Source: Carcharhinus amblyrhynchos (lineage: Eukaryota). From it: a stretch of DNA of 64,000 nucleotides. Position 1 is the stretch's first letter. Every line of letters begins with the position of its first letter. Both the position numbers and the translations under genes were made by a program. Where the stretch lies: NCBI GenBank assembly GCA_965287045.1, contig OZ336883.1:39990001-40054000 (forward strand), in the 5' to 3' direction. Shown in pieces: positions 47,655-61,292 of this stretch. The notes under the pieces are model-generated. The model made no database searches. It saw only the letters and a list, made by a program, of their open reading frames with translations, and had not been told where the DNA came from.

Positions 47655-48062
47655 TTATTTTTTCACTGGAAAGACAGAGGCTGAGGGGAGACCTGATTGA
47701 GGTCTATGAAATTTTGACAGGCATAGACAGGGTGAGTAGTCAGAGGCCTTTTCCAAGGATGGAAGTTTCAATTACAAGGGGGCACAGGTTCAAGGCGAGA
47801 GGGAGAAAGTTTAAGGGAGACCTGTAGGGAACATTTTTCACACAGAGTAGTGGATGCCTGGAATGTGGTGCCAGAGGAAGTGTTGGAAGCAGGCACATTA
47901 GCCACATTTAAAAGAGATCTGGATGGGTACATTAATAGAGAGGAAATAGAGGGATATGGACCGAGTAAGGGTAGAAGTTTTTTTTAGTTAAGTTAGGGCA
48001 TCAGGCTTGGAGGTCCAAAGGGCCTGTTCCTGTGCTGTACTTTTATTTGTTCTTTGTTCTTT
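47655..48062 (+). mobile_element. CR1 3' fragment
   Basis: FSLERQRLRGDLIEVYEILTGIDRV...TRGHRFK; TTGTTCTTTGTTCTTT tail. Confidence 0.88.
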
Positions 48063-49673
48063 GAAAATGGCTCTGCTACAGTCAAATTAACATTACATGC
48101 TGAGTGATGTCTTAATCGGCCTACTTCCAGCACAAATGACCTGCCCAAAATGGCATCTGGCGCAGCCAGCACCAGAAGCATGCACACAATGTGAGGACAC
48201 CATTTTGGATCCAAAAAGGCACCTGTAGCACTGAAAACATGGGCGCTATACAATCAATTCTACCAGCCTGGGAAGTAATCTGTGGATTAGAATTCTACTT
48301 GTGTCAGACATATGTACGAAAATTAACTGTCAAGTAAAATTAAGCTTGATATGGATTTTCAAAAACTGGCTCTATCTGTTTGCTTCACAGTTAAGTTGTG
48401 CATTGTTAAGTAAGAAATTAAAAATTATCAGATAGTATCTCAATCATTATGGGAATGATATATATGAATAAATGTATGTCTATTTAAAAGCCGTGCTTTC
48501 TTTAATTTTAGAAGGTAAGAATTAACACACAAAAGCAAAATCAGAGAACAGCTGCTTACATTACAAAGGCTGTGTCATCCTAAGATGTTCATTTTTACAT
48601 CAATCAACATGAAGCATGGCTTGAAGAAGTACCTTTGTTGCGGGGAGTGGGGGAGGTGGGGTGCAGGGGGTTTTTGGTGATGGTTGGAATAAAGTTTACT
48701 TTTGTGAAAAGGAACTAACATAGTCTGGAATCTTACCCTAATCCTTGTTTTGAGTTGACTGATGTAGATCGGATTAGTAAGACTTACCTACCACCCACCA
48801 AACATAACTTCTAAAACAACTCGACAGAGTCTGTGAAGTCCAGCACGCACGTACTACTATACTACAGACAGAAAATAACACTAAGCATTGGACATACATC
48901 TTACATTGTATGTAACACATACAAAAAGAGATGATTCCACTTGGCAAAGGTTAATAGCATTTCAATAAATAAAGAAGCCAAACAGATTAACTGAAATTCT
49001 TCTTTACTAATAGGTTTAATTAAAGCCTGTCTTCTTTTGCAATCATATAATTCCACAAGATGTAATTTCATTGAAAAATAATGAACAAATGCTACCTTCC
49101 ACACTTTCTTATAGCAGCTGTTTAGAGCACAACTGTATCCATGAATGAGTGAAAACCAGAAAAGTTTTTTCCACAGTTGAGACCTTTCATATGGTGATAG
49201 ACACTGTGATGGAGCATTAAGTCATGCTTGGTTGGCAAGGGTAGACTGCAGATAAGCAGTGAATGAGGTTTGTGTCATTGGTAAACGCAGTCTGCAGGAC
49301 TGAGTCAATCTGTAAGAATTAAGAAAACATTGACAAGTTACAAGAAAAGTGTCAAGGTTGGACTTGAATATTACTGTGAATGAACACAGCAATATTTTGG
49401 ATTGACGGTAACACTTTTATTTGTAATAGCTGCATTTCAGTTCTTAATATAGAATTGCATAGAATATACAGTCCAAAAACAGGCTATTCAGCCCTAAACA
49501 GTGCTGGTGATTATATTCCACACAAGTCTTCTCTCATTCCATCTGTCTTTCAGCAGATCTGTCTAAGGCCTATTGTTTTTGAAAGTATCTAAACTATTCA
49601 TCTTAATGGTTTCTTGTGGAATGAGTTCCACATTTAAACTATTGCCTGAGTAAAGGAATTTCTTCTTATTTCT

Positions 49674-49948
49674 GGTGGTACAGTGGTTAGCACATCTGCT
49701 TCACAGTGCCAGGGACCTGGGTTCAATTCCCGGCTAGGGTCACTATCATCTGCACATTCTCCCCATGTCTGTGTAGGTTTCCTCTGGGTTCTCCAATTTT
49801 CTCTGACAGTCCGAAAGATGTTCTGGTTAGATGTACTGACTATGCTAAATTTACCATCAGTGTACCTGGAGTGTGGCGATTAAGGGATATTCACAGTAAC
49901 TTCATTGCAGTGTTAATGTAAGCCTACCTATGACACTAATAAATAAAG
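49674..49948 (+). mobile_element. HE1-like V-SINE, type-B tail, within an old CR1 (~49450-50370, minus)
   Basis: Head, core and tail; flanks have CR1-like CACAAGTGGGAAC and TGGAGACCAG motifs. Confidence 0.85.
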
Positions 49949-50738
49949 AATTTATTAATAACTATCTTGTATTTATAGCCCCTAGTTTTGAATTCTCCAC
50001 AAGTGGGAACAATATCTCTGTGTGTACCCAGTCCAATCATTCAGCAGTTCAAAGCTGCCTATCAAGTGACCTTTAAGCCTTCTCTTGTCATGTTATGAGA
50101 AAAAGCCCCAATCTATTCAATCTTTCCTGATCGTTGTAATCTCCCACTGCTGGTATCATCCTCGCAAATTGTTTTTACACTTTCTCCACAGCTTCTACAT
50201 CTTTTGCGTAATATGGAGACCAGGGTCCTGCACTAGTTTAACAGAACTTGGTTAGATTTAACTCTTATTTCGCCAAAAATAAATTTGAGTGTTTTGTTGG
50301 AATTTTTAATTGCTTTGTTAATTTGTGTTGTTTTTAATGACATGTCCATTTGTATCCCTAGATCCCATTGCACTTATGGAATGATAGATTCACTCAAGAA
50401 TGTAGCACAGGAGGAAACTCTTTCAAAGTGTAATCCAGTTAGTCCCATCATTTGATCTTTCCCTATATTTCTGCACTTTTTAAAATTTGTATATTTATCC
50501 AATTCCCTTTTGAATTATTACTATTGAATCTGAATATGTAAGTGTTGCTTCTGCTTTTCTTATTGAAGTGCACAGCTATAGATTCATCTATGTTAAAGGC
50601 ACTAAAACAAAGTACCAAGAGTATGCCACTGTTTTAGAGCACCTGTCTTTCAGGTGAAATGCTAAACCAAGGCCCACTAGTCAACATTCCTTCCAGTATC
50701 ATTAGTTTCTTATCCTTGTTTCTGGAACCTTGCTTCTC

Positions 50739-51000
50739 ACAGAATCCCTACAGTGCAGATCTGGCCTGTCTGCACCAAGCATTTTACCCAGGTCCACCCC
50801 AAGAGCTATCCTCATAACCCCATGCATTTACCCCATTAATCCCCTTAACCTACAAATCTTTTGGATACTAAGGGGAAATTCAGCATGGCCAATCCACCTA
50901 ACTTGCACATCTTTGGACTGTGGGAGGAAACTGGAGCACCCGGATGGGGAGAACATGCTAACTTGACACAGTCAGCCGGGGCTGGAATTGAACCGGTCTC
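50739..51000 (-). mobile_element. HE1-like V-SINE, within an old Deu-type SINE (~50630-51245, plus)
   Basis: AGAATCCCTACAGTGCAG tail and core; flanks TGTCTTTCAGGTGA...AAACCAAGGCCC and TATAAATGC. Confidence 0.8.
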
Positions 51001-51664
51001 TCGGGAGGGGGGCTGGTTTAGCCCCAGTCTCCAGGCCAATATTTGTCCCTCACTTAACACCACAGTAAGAAATTACCTGGTCGTTATCACATGGCTCCTT
51101 GAGGGTGTTTGCTGTACACATATCGGCTGTCACCTTTCCCTACACTACAACAGTAAACACATTTCCAAAGGTACTTCAGGGTCAGTAAAGTGCTTTGAGA
51201 TGTGTGGCAGTTGTAAAAATTACAATATAAATGCCAGTCTTTCTTTTTAGATGTTTTACTCAATTGAAGATGTTATTTCACTATGCTAAATAAACTGTTT
51301 CTCTTGCCTGTTGACTCTGAACCTAATTAAGTAAAATTTTACCAAAGCTTGACAATTACAATTTCATTTACAGTTTACAGTTTTTTTGTTTACAGTTTGA
51401 AATAGATCAGAAACGGTGTTACATGTACCTCAAGAGATTAAGTGCAACACCTCTGGGTGTAAATTCAGACAGCTCAAGGGAACTTCCTGTAGCGAGAGAG
51501 GGAAATGAGGAGTGACAATAGGGACAACAGTTGGAGACTGTTCAAAGGCAGATGACTACACAGTGAAGGAGTGGGATATTAAACATTGAATTATAGCATG
51601 GTTCCACAGAACAAGGCCACTTGGCCCATCAAGTCAATGCCATCTGTCTGCAAGAGCAATTTAA

Positions 51665-51763
51665 CCAGTCTAACAGCCCACCCTTTCCCCACTGGCTTGA
51701 AGTTCTTTTCTCCCAGTCTAACAGCCCACTCTTTCCCCATTGCCCTGTAGTTCTTTTCTCTCC
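51665..51763. repeat. 48-bp tandem duplication inside an old CR1 3' end (~51590-52010, minus)
   Basis: CCAGTCTAACAGCCCAC...AGTTCTTTTCTC x2. Confidence 0.85.
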
Positions 51764-52459
51764 AGGGGCTTCTCCATTTTGTTTAGGAATCTGCCTCCAC
51801 CTCACACTCATAGAGGGCCCCAAGCCCCTGTTGCAGTAAAAAAAACTTTGCCTTATGTCGTTTTTGGTTCTTTTGACAACCATCTTAAAGTTGCATCCAC
51901 TGGTTCTCAACCTTTCTGCCAATAGCAACAGTTACACTCTATCTACCCTGACCTATCTACCCTTCATGATTTTGAACACTTCGATAAGTCGCCTTTCAAA
52001 ACTTCTCGTCTCAAGTAAAAGTGGCAAGGCATTAACAAGGAATAGGGCAGTAGTGAGGCAGGTGTGGAAATCAGGTTCACGCCCTTTCTGGGCATGAGCA
52101 TCATCATATCACTGGCAAAGATTTCAAATTGAGATTTCGCTGCTTATGAGATTTAGCCACCATTATTGGATTTGTACCTGCAGCAAACAGGGCCATTAGA
52201 TCCCAGCCAAAGTTTGTGGAAGCACTGTGATGTGCTATAGAGAGGTTCTGGTGACTTGCTGGGTTTGAATGAGATTGTTTCTGTATCTTGACAGGGAGGT
52301 CAGAGGAGTCTTGTGACCTATTCACAGAAAGACTGCAACAATCCTGGCGATGGTAATTGGAGTCCCTCTGGGTCTGGAGCACAGCAGGGAACTGAAGCTG
52401 AGACTACAGAGAGGGGAAGCTGTGTGCAGAGGGTGAAGGAAGTGGGCTCTCCACTTCTT

Positions 52460-53095
52460 CCACCCTTCCTCAGCCAGGAACAATGCCCAAAGGCCCTGAG
52501 ATTCTCTAAGGAGTGGGGTGCATTCACAGGATGTGCTATCTACCACAGCAGAACCTGCAACCTCTCAGCAGGACCTGCCAGTGGCCATCATGATCATTGT
52601 TGCTTTCAACTTTGACATGACCAGATGTGTCCAGGCTGGAACAGGTGACATTGCAAACATATTGAAGTTTTCTATCTATCAGTGTCAGTCAGAGTGAGTG
52701 GACATGTGATTCTGCAAGGCTCATGAAATTTCCAGTGGTGCAGAGAGTCATTGACTGCACACATCTGGATCAGACACATGTCTTCATTCTGAAGCAGCCT
52801 CTTTAGGCCACGCGGGGCTGGCTGCTTGGAGACAGAGGTACCCCTCTACACATGGCTAACGACTGTCTTCAAATACCCAACAATGTGGGGACTGAAGGCC
52901 TACAGTGGCTATGCTGCCAGGGGGAGTGCATAGTGGAAAAGACCATTAACGTTCCCAAGCAATGGTTCCATTGCTTTCATTGCTTGAGGGCTGGCGGGGG
53001 GTTGGGGGGGGGAGATGGGAGTGAGGCCCTATAACACTCATGATGTCTTCATGGCGGGTCTGCTGTGTCCTTCACAATGTTGTTATTATGTGAGT
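52460..53095 (+). pseudogene. Harbinger (HARBI1-like) DDE transposase remnant
   Basis: LSQEQC.KALRFSKE, LPVAIMIIVAFNF, VIDCTH, GWLLGDRG, IVEKTI...KQWFHC, CCVLHN; frameshifted. Confidence 0.85.
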
Positions 53096-53129
53096 GAAGC
53101 CATCACCACCAGGCCACTTCTGGAGAGGT

Positions 53130-53682
53130 AAGACCATAAGACAAAGGAGCAGAACTAGGCCACCTGGCCCATTGAGTCTGCTCCACCATTCAATCATGAC
53201 TGATATTTTTCTCATCCCCATTCTCCTGCCTTTTCCCCATAACCCCTGATCCCCTTTATGAATCAAGAACCTATCTAGCTCTGTCTTAAAGACACTCAAT
53301 GACCTGGCCACCACAACCTTCTGCGGCAAAGTGTTCCACAGATTCACCACTCTCTGGCTGAAGAAATTCCTCCCCATCTCTGTTTTACAGGATTGTTCCT
53401 TCAGCCTGAGGTTGAACCCTCTGGTTCTAGCTTTTCCTACTAAAGGAAACATCTTCTCCACATCCACTCTATCCAGCCCTCGCAGTATTCTGTAAGTTTC
53501 AATAAGATCCCCCCCTCATCCTTCTAAACGCCAACAAGTCAGACCCAGAGTCCTCAACCGTTCCTCATACAAAAAGATCTCCATTTCAGGATCATTCTTG
53601 TAAACCTCCTCTGGACCCTTTCCAAGGTCAGCACATCCTCTCTTAGATGCGGAGCCCAAAATGCTCACAATACTCCACACGA
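53130..53682 (-). mobile_element. CR1 3' fragment
   Basis: KMFPLVGKARTRG...FFSQRVVNLWNTLP...FKTELDRFL. Confidence 0.9.
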
Positions 53683-53900
53683 AAGAACACACAAAACAGA
53701 AGGGGTAAAGAGGAGGCATCCAGGACACCTTCACTCGGAACATTTTCCTACTTCCTTAAGATATCATCCCCTGATTATCATTGCTTCTCAATTTGCCATC
53801 CATTTCCATCTATGCATTAATCCTGCAGTAAAAGTGACCAACTTAAAGTTTTCCATAACAACTTTATTCAACAACACGTTCAATTATACAAAGAAAACTA

Positions 53901-54222
53901 GGGCGGCACGGTGGCATAGCGGTTAGCACTGCTGTCTCATAGCTCCAGAGTCCTGTGTTCGATTCCTGGCTTGGGTCACAGTCTGTGTGGAGTTTGCACG
54001 TTCTCCCCGTGTCTGTGTGGGTTTCCTCCAGGTGCTCTGGTTTCCTCCCACATTCCAAAGATGTGCAGGTTAGGTGGATTGGCCATGCTAAATTGCTCCT
54101 TAGTGTCAGGAGGACTAGCTAAAGTAAGTGCTTGGGGTTGTGCGGATAGGGCATGGGTGGGATTGTGGTCGGTGCAGACTCGATGGGCCGAATGGCCTCC
54201 TTCTGCACTGTAGGGATTCTAC
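53901..54222 (+). mobile_element. HE1-like V-SINE, CR1-type tail
   Basis: Near-consensus full copy. Confidence 0.93.
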
Positions 54223-55668
54223 GAATTAAATTATTCACTCTTCCCCCAGGTGCCTGTTCTGTGGGTGCCTCTGTCTGACCTGTTACTTTGGAGTGTTACC
54301 CAGTGGCTGAAGCATGACTGGTGATAGGCTGCTGAATTACACTGGGCGAGGCAGCAGATGGTCTGGCAGGCCAACCTCAAGCTGCTCTGGGTTTTGGACT
54401 ACACAAAGTTGGCACAGGCAGAGGCAGTCTGGACTGGCTGGCTGAGAGGCAACAGCAGGGGCGCTAGCAGAGTGACAGTAATGGGAGCTGTGATCCACAG
54501 ATAGGCAGCAGGTTCATGCTCCATGGAGTCGCTGGTGCTCCCTCCTCCAGGGCAGCAATCCTCATAATCTGACAGAGGGCAGATTGTGGGTCTGCTGTGT
54601 GAGTCTACATGTCCCACTGAGAAACTGCAGCCATGATAGAGAAAATCTGAGGTTACACTGAAACAAGCGTGGAATTTACCGTCTCCTCCCTCCGCAGCAC
54701 TGAGAGGTGCTTCTACCCACGCTTCAGTGGAAACTGAGGCAACAACTTCCTGACAAGGCATCAGTTTTGAGTCTTCAAATCCTGCCTTGAAACTGGGTGC
54801 TACTTCTGCTGTGGAAAAGATTGGCTCCAAGTTCTGTCTAAACCCTCTGCCAAGCTGGAGGCAGAATCATCTGTGCTTTTTACAGTAACTGTTTGGCAAT
54901 CCTGTCAATGCACCAAGTATCTCAGGATACACATTCATCAATGCCGTCCCATCAAAATCCTCATGTGAGTCTTCTGTAGCAAAACCCCATGGCCAGCTGC
55001 CCCCATTCACTTCTCAGGATGGTTTCTTGAGGGCCAACTAAAAGCCTCCCTTCTCCCCACCCATTGAACCTCTCCCCAGCTCCCCTTCACTACCCACAGA
55101 AGCAGAACTTGTCTAAGCCTGTTAAACTCCAAAGTCTCCAATATCAAATTCAGGCAGCTGGAGGTTTTTCTAATTCCCTTTACAGCCAGTTCCTGCAGGG
55201 ATAGTCATAGCAACTTCCTTCTATTGAATGCAGCTGCCCTTTAATAGAGGCATGCTGCCTTCAAGAGGTGCGGGCTATCTGGAACATATGCGTGGCACAC
55301 ACACTTTTTGGTCCTCTCTTGATCATTCCCCCAGCCAGTGGCGTGGGTTGCATTTGGCTGAAAGCTGCAGTCATGGAAATGAAGAGACTGAACAAAGTGT
55401 GGGTGCCGAGGTGGCACCGGGATCAGGATGATCATGAACCATGAGCTCTGCACCCAAAAACAGGAGCAACCTATATTTTTGCGCAATATATTAAGATTTA
55501 ATCCCAATTACCATCCTTGTTCTCTTAAAGGGAAGCTGGAGATTCATCTGGAAGAAGTAAGAAAAGCATTAGGGCGGAAGGAATGAGAGGTTGTACTGAT
55601 AGGGTTAGATGTAGGGGGTGGAAAGTTTATGGGGGCCATAATCACCAGTATGGATCAGTTACGTTGTC

Positions 55669-55979
55669 ATAAGAATAGAATCCTACAGTGAAAAAGGAGG
55701 CCATTGAGCCCATCAAGTCTGCACCAACCACAATCCCACCCAGGACCTATTTCTGTAACCCCTCATATTTACCTTGCTAATTCCCCTGACACTAGGGTCA
55801 ATCAACCTAACCTGCACATCTTTGCAGTGTGGGAAGAAACTGGAGCAACCAGAGGAAACCCACGCAGACACGGAAAGAATGTGCAAACTCCACACAGATA
55901 GTCGCCTGAGGCTGGAATTGAACCCAGGTCTCTAGCCCTGTGATGCAGCAGTGCTGACCACTATGCCACTGTGCTGCCC
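55669..55979 (-). mobile_element. HE1-like V-SINE
   Basis: Full copy, head-to-head with the next. Confidence 0.9.
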
Positions 55980-56026
55980 ATTTGCATAGTATGACATAAA
56001 ATATACAGCAAAAAAAAGGCCATTCT

Positions 56027-56324
56027 GGGGTGGCGTGATGGCACGTAGCCATCAGGGACCCAAGTTCAATTCTGGTCTTGGGTGACTGTGTGGAGTTTGT
56101 ATATTCTCCCCTGTCTGCGTGGGTTTCTTCTTGCTGCTCCATTTCCTCCTCCACTCCAAAGATCTGCAGTTTAGGTGGACTGGCCCTTAGTGTCCCAAGA
56201 TATATAGATTAGGAGAATTAACCACGGTAAATATATGGGTCACTGGAATAGGGCCACGGTAAGATGCTCTGTTGGAGATGGGCTGAATGGCCCCCTTCTG
56301 CACTGCTGGGATTCTATTATTCTA
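56027..56324 (+). mobile_element. HE1-like V-SINE
   Basis: Full copy with small deletions. Confidence 0.85.
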
Positions 56325-57987
56325 TCCCAGTCAATTCAACAGTAATCAATGATTAATATTGTTTCCAGAAGATATTAGCTAAACTCTGCCTCAGAATTCC
56401 CTCATTTTCAATTATCCCTTAAAACAGCCAAGTGCTCATGTGGAGCAATGTGTTAGGTCAGATACTTTCCGACATCAAACAACCATCAAACAAGGACTAT
56501 ACACAAGTACAGACAATTGATTTATTGTCTTCCTCTTACTACCAGAGCACTTGCACTTTCTGTGTTGACAAAATAAGAAGCATTTATAACAAACGAAACT
56601 TAATTTCTTGTTACTGCTATTAAATCAACTTTATTTTTTCACCAAAAGTAGCTTGATATTTAGAACTTTATTACAATTAACTAATGTTTGAAAATAGCTT
56701 TCAAACACAAGACTGTACATTACATTTGGCAATTACATAGACAATGTTAATTCTGACAAGCTTTCGCCTGTCAAAATCCTGTAATGATATTTAATGTTCC
56801 CCAGTGTTAATGTGTGCCTCAAGCTCAGTTGTGTCTTATGCATGATCAAAGGGGGATTGCTTAGACAGTATGATGTTTTAGGTTCAGATAAGAGGAGAAA
56901 GGACTAACTGAAGGTGAGATATCTTGTTTTATTCTCCTTGATATCCTGAGGATTTGAGACTTCAAATCCCCATTGAAAATAAAGCAAAATGCCAGAACAT
57001 TTAAATGATTGCTACCGACTGATGTATATCTGTTTTTGCAATATTAAGCAAAGGAGAGTCAACTTTAATCACTTGACAGGTTTGCTGTCAATGCATCTCA
57101 CCTTGAGGAAATAGGCTTGTGTTATGAGGCTTCATCTGTCACATCCTTCTCATCAATTTATAAAAGAGTGTGTAATAAGTGAGGGTTTTTTTTGCTAAAT
57201 GAAAGGCTTCTGTCACAATTTTTTCTCCAAAAAGAAATACATTTAGTGAAAATTAAAATGCAGTTGCATAAACATGATTCTATTTGCAATCTGCCTGAAT
57301 CAAAATATATGTATTTTAAATGTTACATTATACAAGGATAATTGTAGATTTAAAAAAAACATTGTGGTGTGGTCAGAAAGCTCTTTGAAGAAGTTGTAAT
57401 GCTGGGACTCTATTATGCGGTAGCCTCTGGTCATTTCTCTGAAGCAGGAATGGAGTGATAGGGTGCCAATAGTGTTACCCCTTGGCAAAGCCGCTGGATG
57501 TTTTCTGCTAGAGTGGACAGGGAAATAAGAATTTGTGTTAAACAAATCTGTTGTCTGGGGGGCAAAGACTTAACAGTAAACCTCTAAACCCTTTTGTAGG
57601 CTAACTGATGCTTTGACCTGCACCTTCAGGTAGTATGGGTATACAGGAAGCCATCAGATACTAATCCTTGCCCTGAGTCTTGGGCATTACTAAGTGAACA
57701 AACAGGCTGACTCTTCTGTTGAAAATCGGGCTAATTGTGGTAAAGTGTGGCATGTAAGGATTTGTAATAAAAGTAGAGAAAAAGCCATTTCTTCAGGGGA
57801 ATTTTGATGAATAGCTTACTCAAGATGTTTGATCACATTAGCCCACCTGTATATTCAAAACACGGATAGAAAAAAAAGTTAATTCACACTATACTTTGCT
57901 TAAAATAACATAGCCAGATTTCTATTAACACATTAAGGGATACTTAAACACCTTATTGAAATATTTCAAAGTTTGCAAAATAACTTA

Positions 57988-58432
57988 GATTTGATTTGAC
58001 TTATTATTCTTACATGTATTAGTGTACAGTGAAAAGCATTGTTTCATGCATGCTATACAGACAAAGCATACCATTCATAGAGAAGAAAAGAAGAGAGTGC
58101 AGAATGTAGTGTTGCAGTCATAGCTGGGGTGAGGAAGAAGATCAACTTAGTGCAAGGTAGGTCCATTCAAAAGTCTGATGGCAGCAGGAAAGAAGCTGTT
58201 CTTGATTTGGTTGGTACTTGACCTCAGACTTTTGTATCTTTTTCCCAATGGAAAAAGGTGGAAGAGAGTATGTCCGTAGTGCGTGGGCTCCTTAATTATG
58301 CTGGCTGCTTTTTCAAGGTAGCGGGAAGATTAGACAGAGCAAATGGATGGAAGGCTGGTTTGTGTGATGGATTGGGCTACATTCACAACCTTTTGTAGTT
58401 TCTTGCAGCCTTGGGCAGAGCACAAGCCATAC
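57988..58432 (-). mobile_element. Rex1/Babar LINE 3' fragment
   Basis: Colinear with 14286-14737; (ATTTG)n end. Confidence 0.9.
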
Positions 58433-58880
58433 TTGAAAAAAAGAAATCAGACCATACTGTATGAGAAAGATTGTAAATCCCAGCAATATGTAGAATCTAA
58501 CAGAATCTTTCAGGAAGTGTTAAATGCCAATCAATTTGGATAGCTATGAAATTAAGACAAGAGAATTGATCTTAGAGTTCCATACTGCCAATGGGGCTTT
58601 GCTGAGTGGAACCTTATATTATAATGGGTCTACAATTATCTGTCCATTGTGGTTGGGCAATATACCTCCTAGTATCTGATATACACTGCTCTCAAGCAAA
58701 ATTGCCTGTGGCTGCGCACACTCACAAACATACTCTTGAAGTATTAGCTTTATAATAGTTTGCAGTCAGCAAGCATCTCCAGGTCAATTTATAGAAATTG
58801 GATAGTCTAAAATTGTTATTTAGCTACAAATCGGCAATGTCATAAAATGTTGGCCCTGTTCCAAATTTCCATTTGCAAAA

Positions 58881-59210
58881 GGGTGGTAAGGCACAGTGGC
58901 AGTGACAGTGGTTAGCACTGCTACGTCACAGCGCCAGGGACCTGGGTTCAATTCCTGGCTTGGGTCACTGTGTGGAGTTTGCACATTTTCCCTGTGTCTG
59001 CATGGGTTTCCTCTGGGTGCTCTGATTTCCTCCCACAGTCCAAAGATGTGCAGGTTAGGTGGATTGGCCATGCTAAATTGCCCCTTAAGTTCAGGAGGAC
59101 TAGCTAGGCTAAATTCATGGGATTATGGGGATAGGGTCTGGATGGCATTGTGATTGGTGTAGACTCAATGGGCTGAATGGCCTCTTTCTGCACTGTTGGA
59201 TTCAATGATC
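58881..59210 (+). mobile_element. HE1-like V-SINE, CR1-type tail
   Basis: Full copy. Confidence 0.9.
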
Positions 59211-59231
59211 CTAAAACAGTATCATAGGCCG

Positions 59232-59572
59232 TTTGAAGTTTTATTTCCTCGTTTGGGGCAATCTCAAACAAGGGGTCGCAGGTACAAGTTGAGAGGCAGT
59301 AAATTTAATGCTGAGATGAGGAGGAATTGCTTCTCACACAGGGTGGTGAATTTGTGGAACTTGCTGCCCCATAGCACAGTGGAGTCTGAATTGTTGAATG
59401 ATTTCAAGAAGGAGATAGATATATTTCTAATAACAAAAGGGATAAGGGGATTTAGGGAACCAGTAGGAAGAAGGAATTGAGACCAGGGTGAGATCAGCTA
59501 TGATCTGATTGAATGGCGGAGCAGGCTCAAAAGGCTGAATTTGCCCACATTTTCTCCTAATTCCTATGTTCC
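59232..59572 (+). mobile_element. CR1 3' fragment
   Basis: LFPRLGQSQTRG...RRNCFSHRVVNLWNLLP...FKKEIDIFL plus 3' UTR. Confidence 0.88.
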
Positions 59573-61126
59573 AATTTTGATTTGCGTCGACAGAGCTGAC
59601 CAAGTTGGAATCAGCTTCAAATTTAGGCATGGATTTAACCTCATACAACTCTGGATACTTGCACAGAATTAGCAGAACAAGGGCAGAACCTTCCTCCCAA
59701 AAAACTGTCATAACAGTGAGAAAACCAGACTAATCCACGTTATACAGCCAGGTGCGCTCAGGATCGCAATCGTCCCACACTCAGTCACTTTGTGAGAAAG
59801 TGGTAAGTTGCGTGCCGGTACAGGGGGAGCCTTGCTGCAGAGCGCTCAGGCACCATTTCACAAGGGCTCCCTGGTCTCACAGTGCACCGGGAGATCCCCT
59901 CCCTTCCCCCATGGACATGAGGACACTCCCCTCATTGATGGTGTGTTTCCTCAACCCTGCCCAACATGGGTCACCAGTATCATGGCCCTCCCAATGGATC
60001 ACCCTGCTAGATCCCTGACATCCCCATCATGACCCCTAACATGCCCCTCACTGTGCCTTCCTTTATGCTTCACCCCTGCATGACCCCCACTGCATTGTCC
60101 ACCCAACATTGGCCTCGCTGTCATAGACCCACTCAGCACACCACTTGGAATCACATAGGATTCCACTTCATATAGACCAGCCTCCTTGTAAACAAAGAAC
60201 AAAGATTTAGGAGAATGCAATAAAACATATGTACATTTGTATCTGTGTGAAATAATATGTTAAATTATCAAATTGACAGTGCAATTTGAAAAAAAGACAT
60301 GCACTATTTTGGTCTGCAAGTTATGAATATTTATATATTTAAATATGCATAGTGAAATCTAGGTAGATCATAATGAGGCATTGTTTAATAAAACTGTTTG
60401 TTTTGTTTGTCAATTAAAGTTGATTAGCTCATTACTGCACCATGTAATTAGTGAGGTATATTTTATTGAACAATGTTCTGTCCTCACTGGAGATTAATTA
60501 ATGCATTGTAAGAAATTGCACATTGCTCTTTCGAGTTAACTACATAGCAAATCCAGTTGTAAGAAAGCCTGGCCCTCCTTTCCTTAGAAATACAGTCCTC
60601 ATTCCCAAGCCTTCCATTTCTTCCCAAACAGATTTTTCAATGAACATTCTAAAAAACAATAGACAGGAAAGGAAGCTGGGCTTGGTTCTCTTTGGTGTGA
60701 CCAATGCCATCTTTCTGCAAACACAGTACAACTTAATCCAGTGAAATAAAATGGCTCATTAATTATTTCCTTTGGAGGATAATTATATCCAAAATGAAAG
60801 CCAAAGTTATTCTAGATTGTGTGTTTCCTTCTGTCTCTATAAAGCTACTTTCAAAATTCCATTTCTTCCTTGCAACTTAATTCTTGCTTTTGAAATCTTA
60901 CATTAATGAGATTCCCAAGAATTTAATTTTGTTGGCTGGCCTGAGAAGGTACTGGCCAGTTATGGGTATAATGGACCATTGTAAATGTTTATGACTTTGA
61001 CTAATGGGAGACCAAAAATGGCTCAAGTGCTAAGTTTGCAAAGCCTGATTTTTTATAGATTGTTGCCACAATGGAGACGGATGAGTCAGTCTTGGTGAGG
61101 AAAGTTAGATGTGAACCATGGAAAAC

Positions 61127-61283
61127 AATCATAATCCTGACAGTGCAGAAGGAGGCCATTCTGTCAATCAAATCTGTACCAACTCTCCAACAGAGGATCT
61201 TACCCAGACCCTATTCACATAACCCCACATGTTTACCCTGCTAATCCCCCTAACCTATACATCTTGACACACCAAGGGGCAAA
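61127..61283 (-). mobile_element. HE1-like SINE 3' part
   Basis: ACAGTGCAGAAGGAGGCCATT...CTAATCCCCCTAACCTA. Confidence 0.8.
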
Positions 61284-61292
61284 GGATGCTGT

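Noticed and set aside
52460-53095. Domesticated HARBI1 gene
   Set aside because: Frameshifts, internal deletions and stops; one of several relics
56685-56707. 9-bp perfect hairpin TGTTTGAAA/TTTCAAACA
   Set aside because: Short and AT-rich; plausible by chance in 64 kb
57598-57630. Micro-exon candidates here and at 63767-63800
   Set aside because: AG...GT pairs this short are expected by chance; no peptide support
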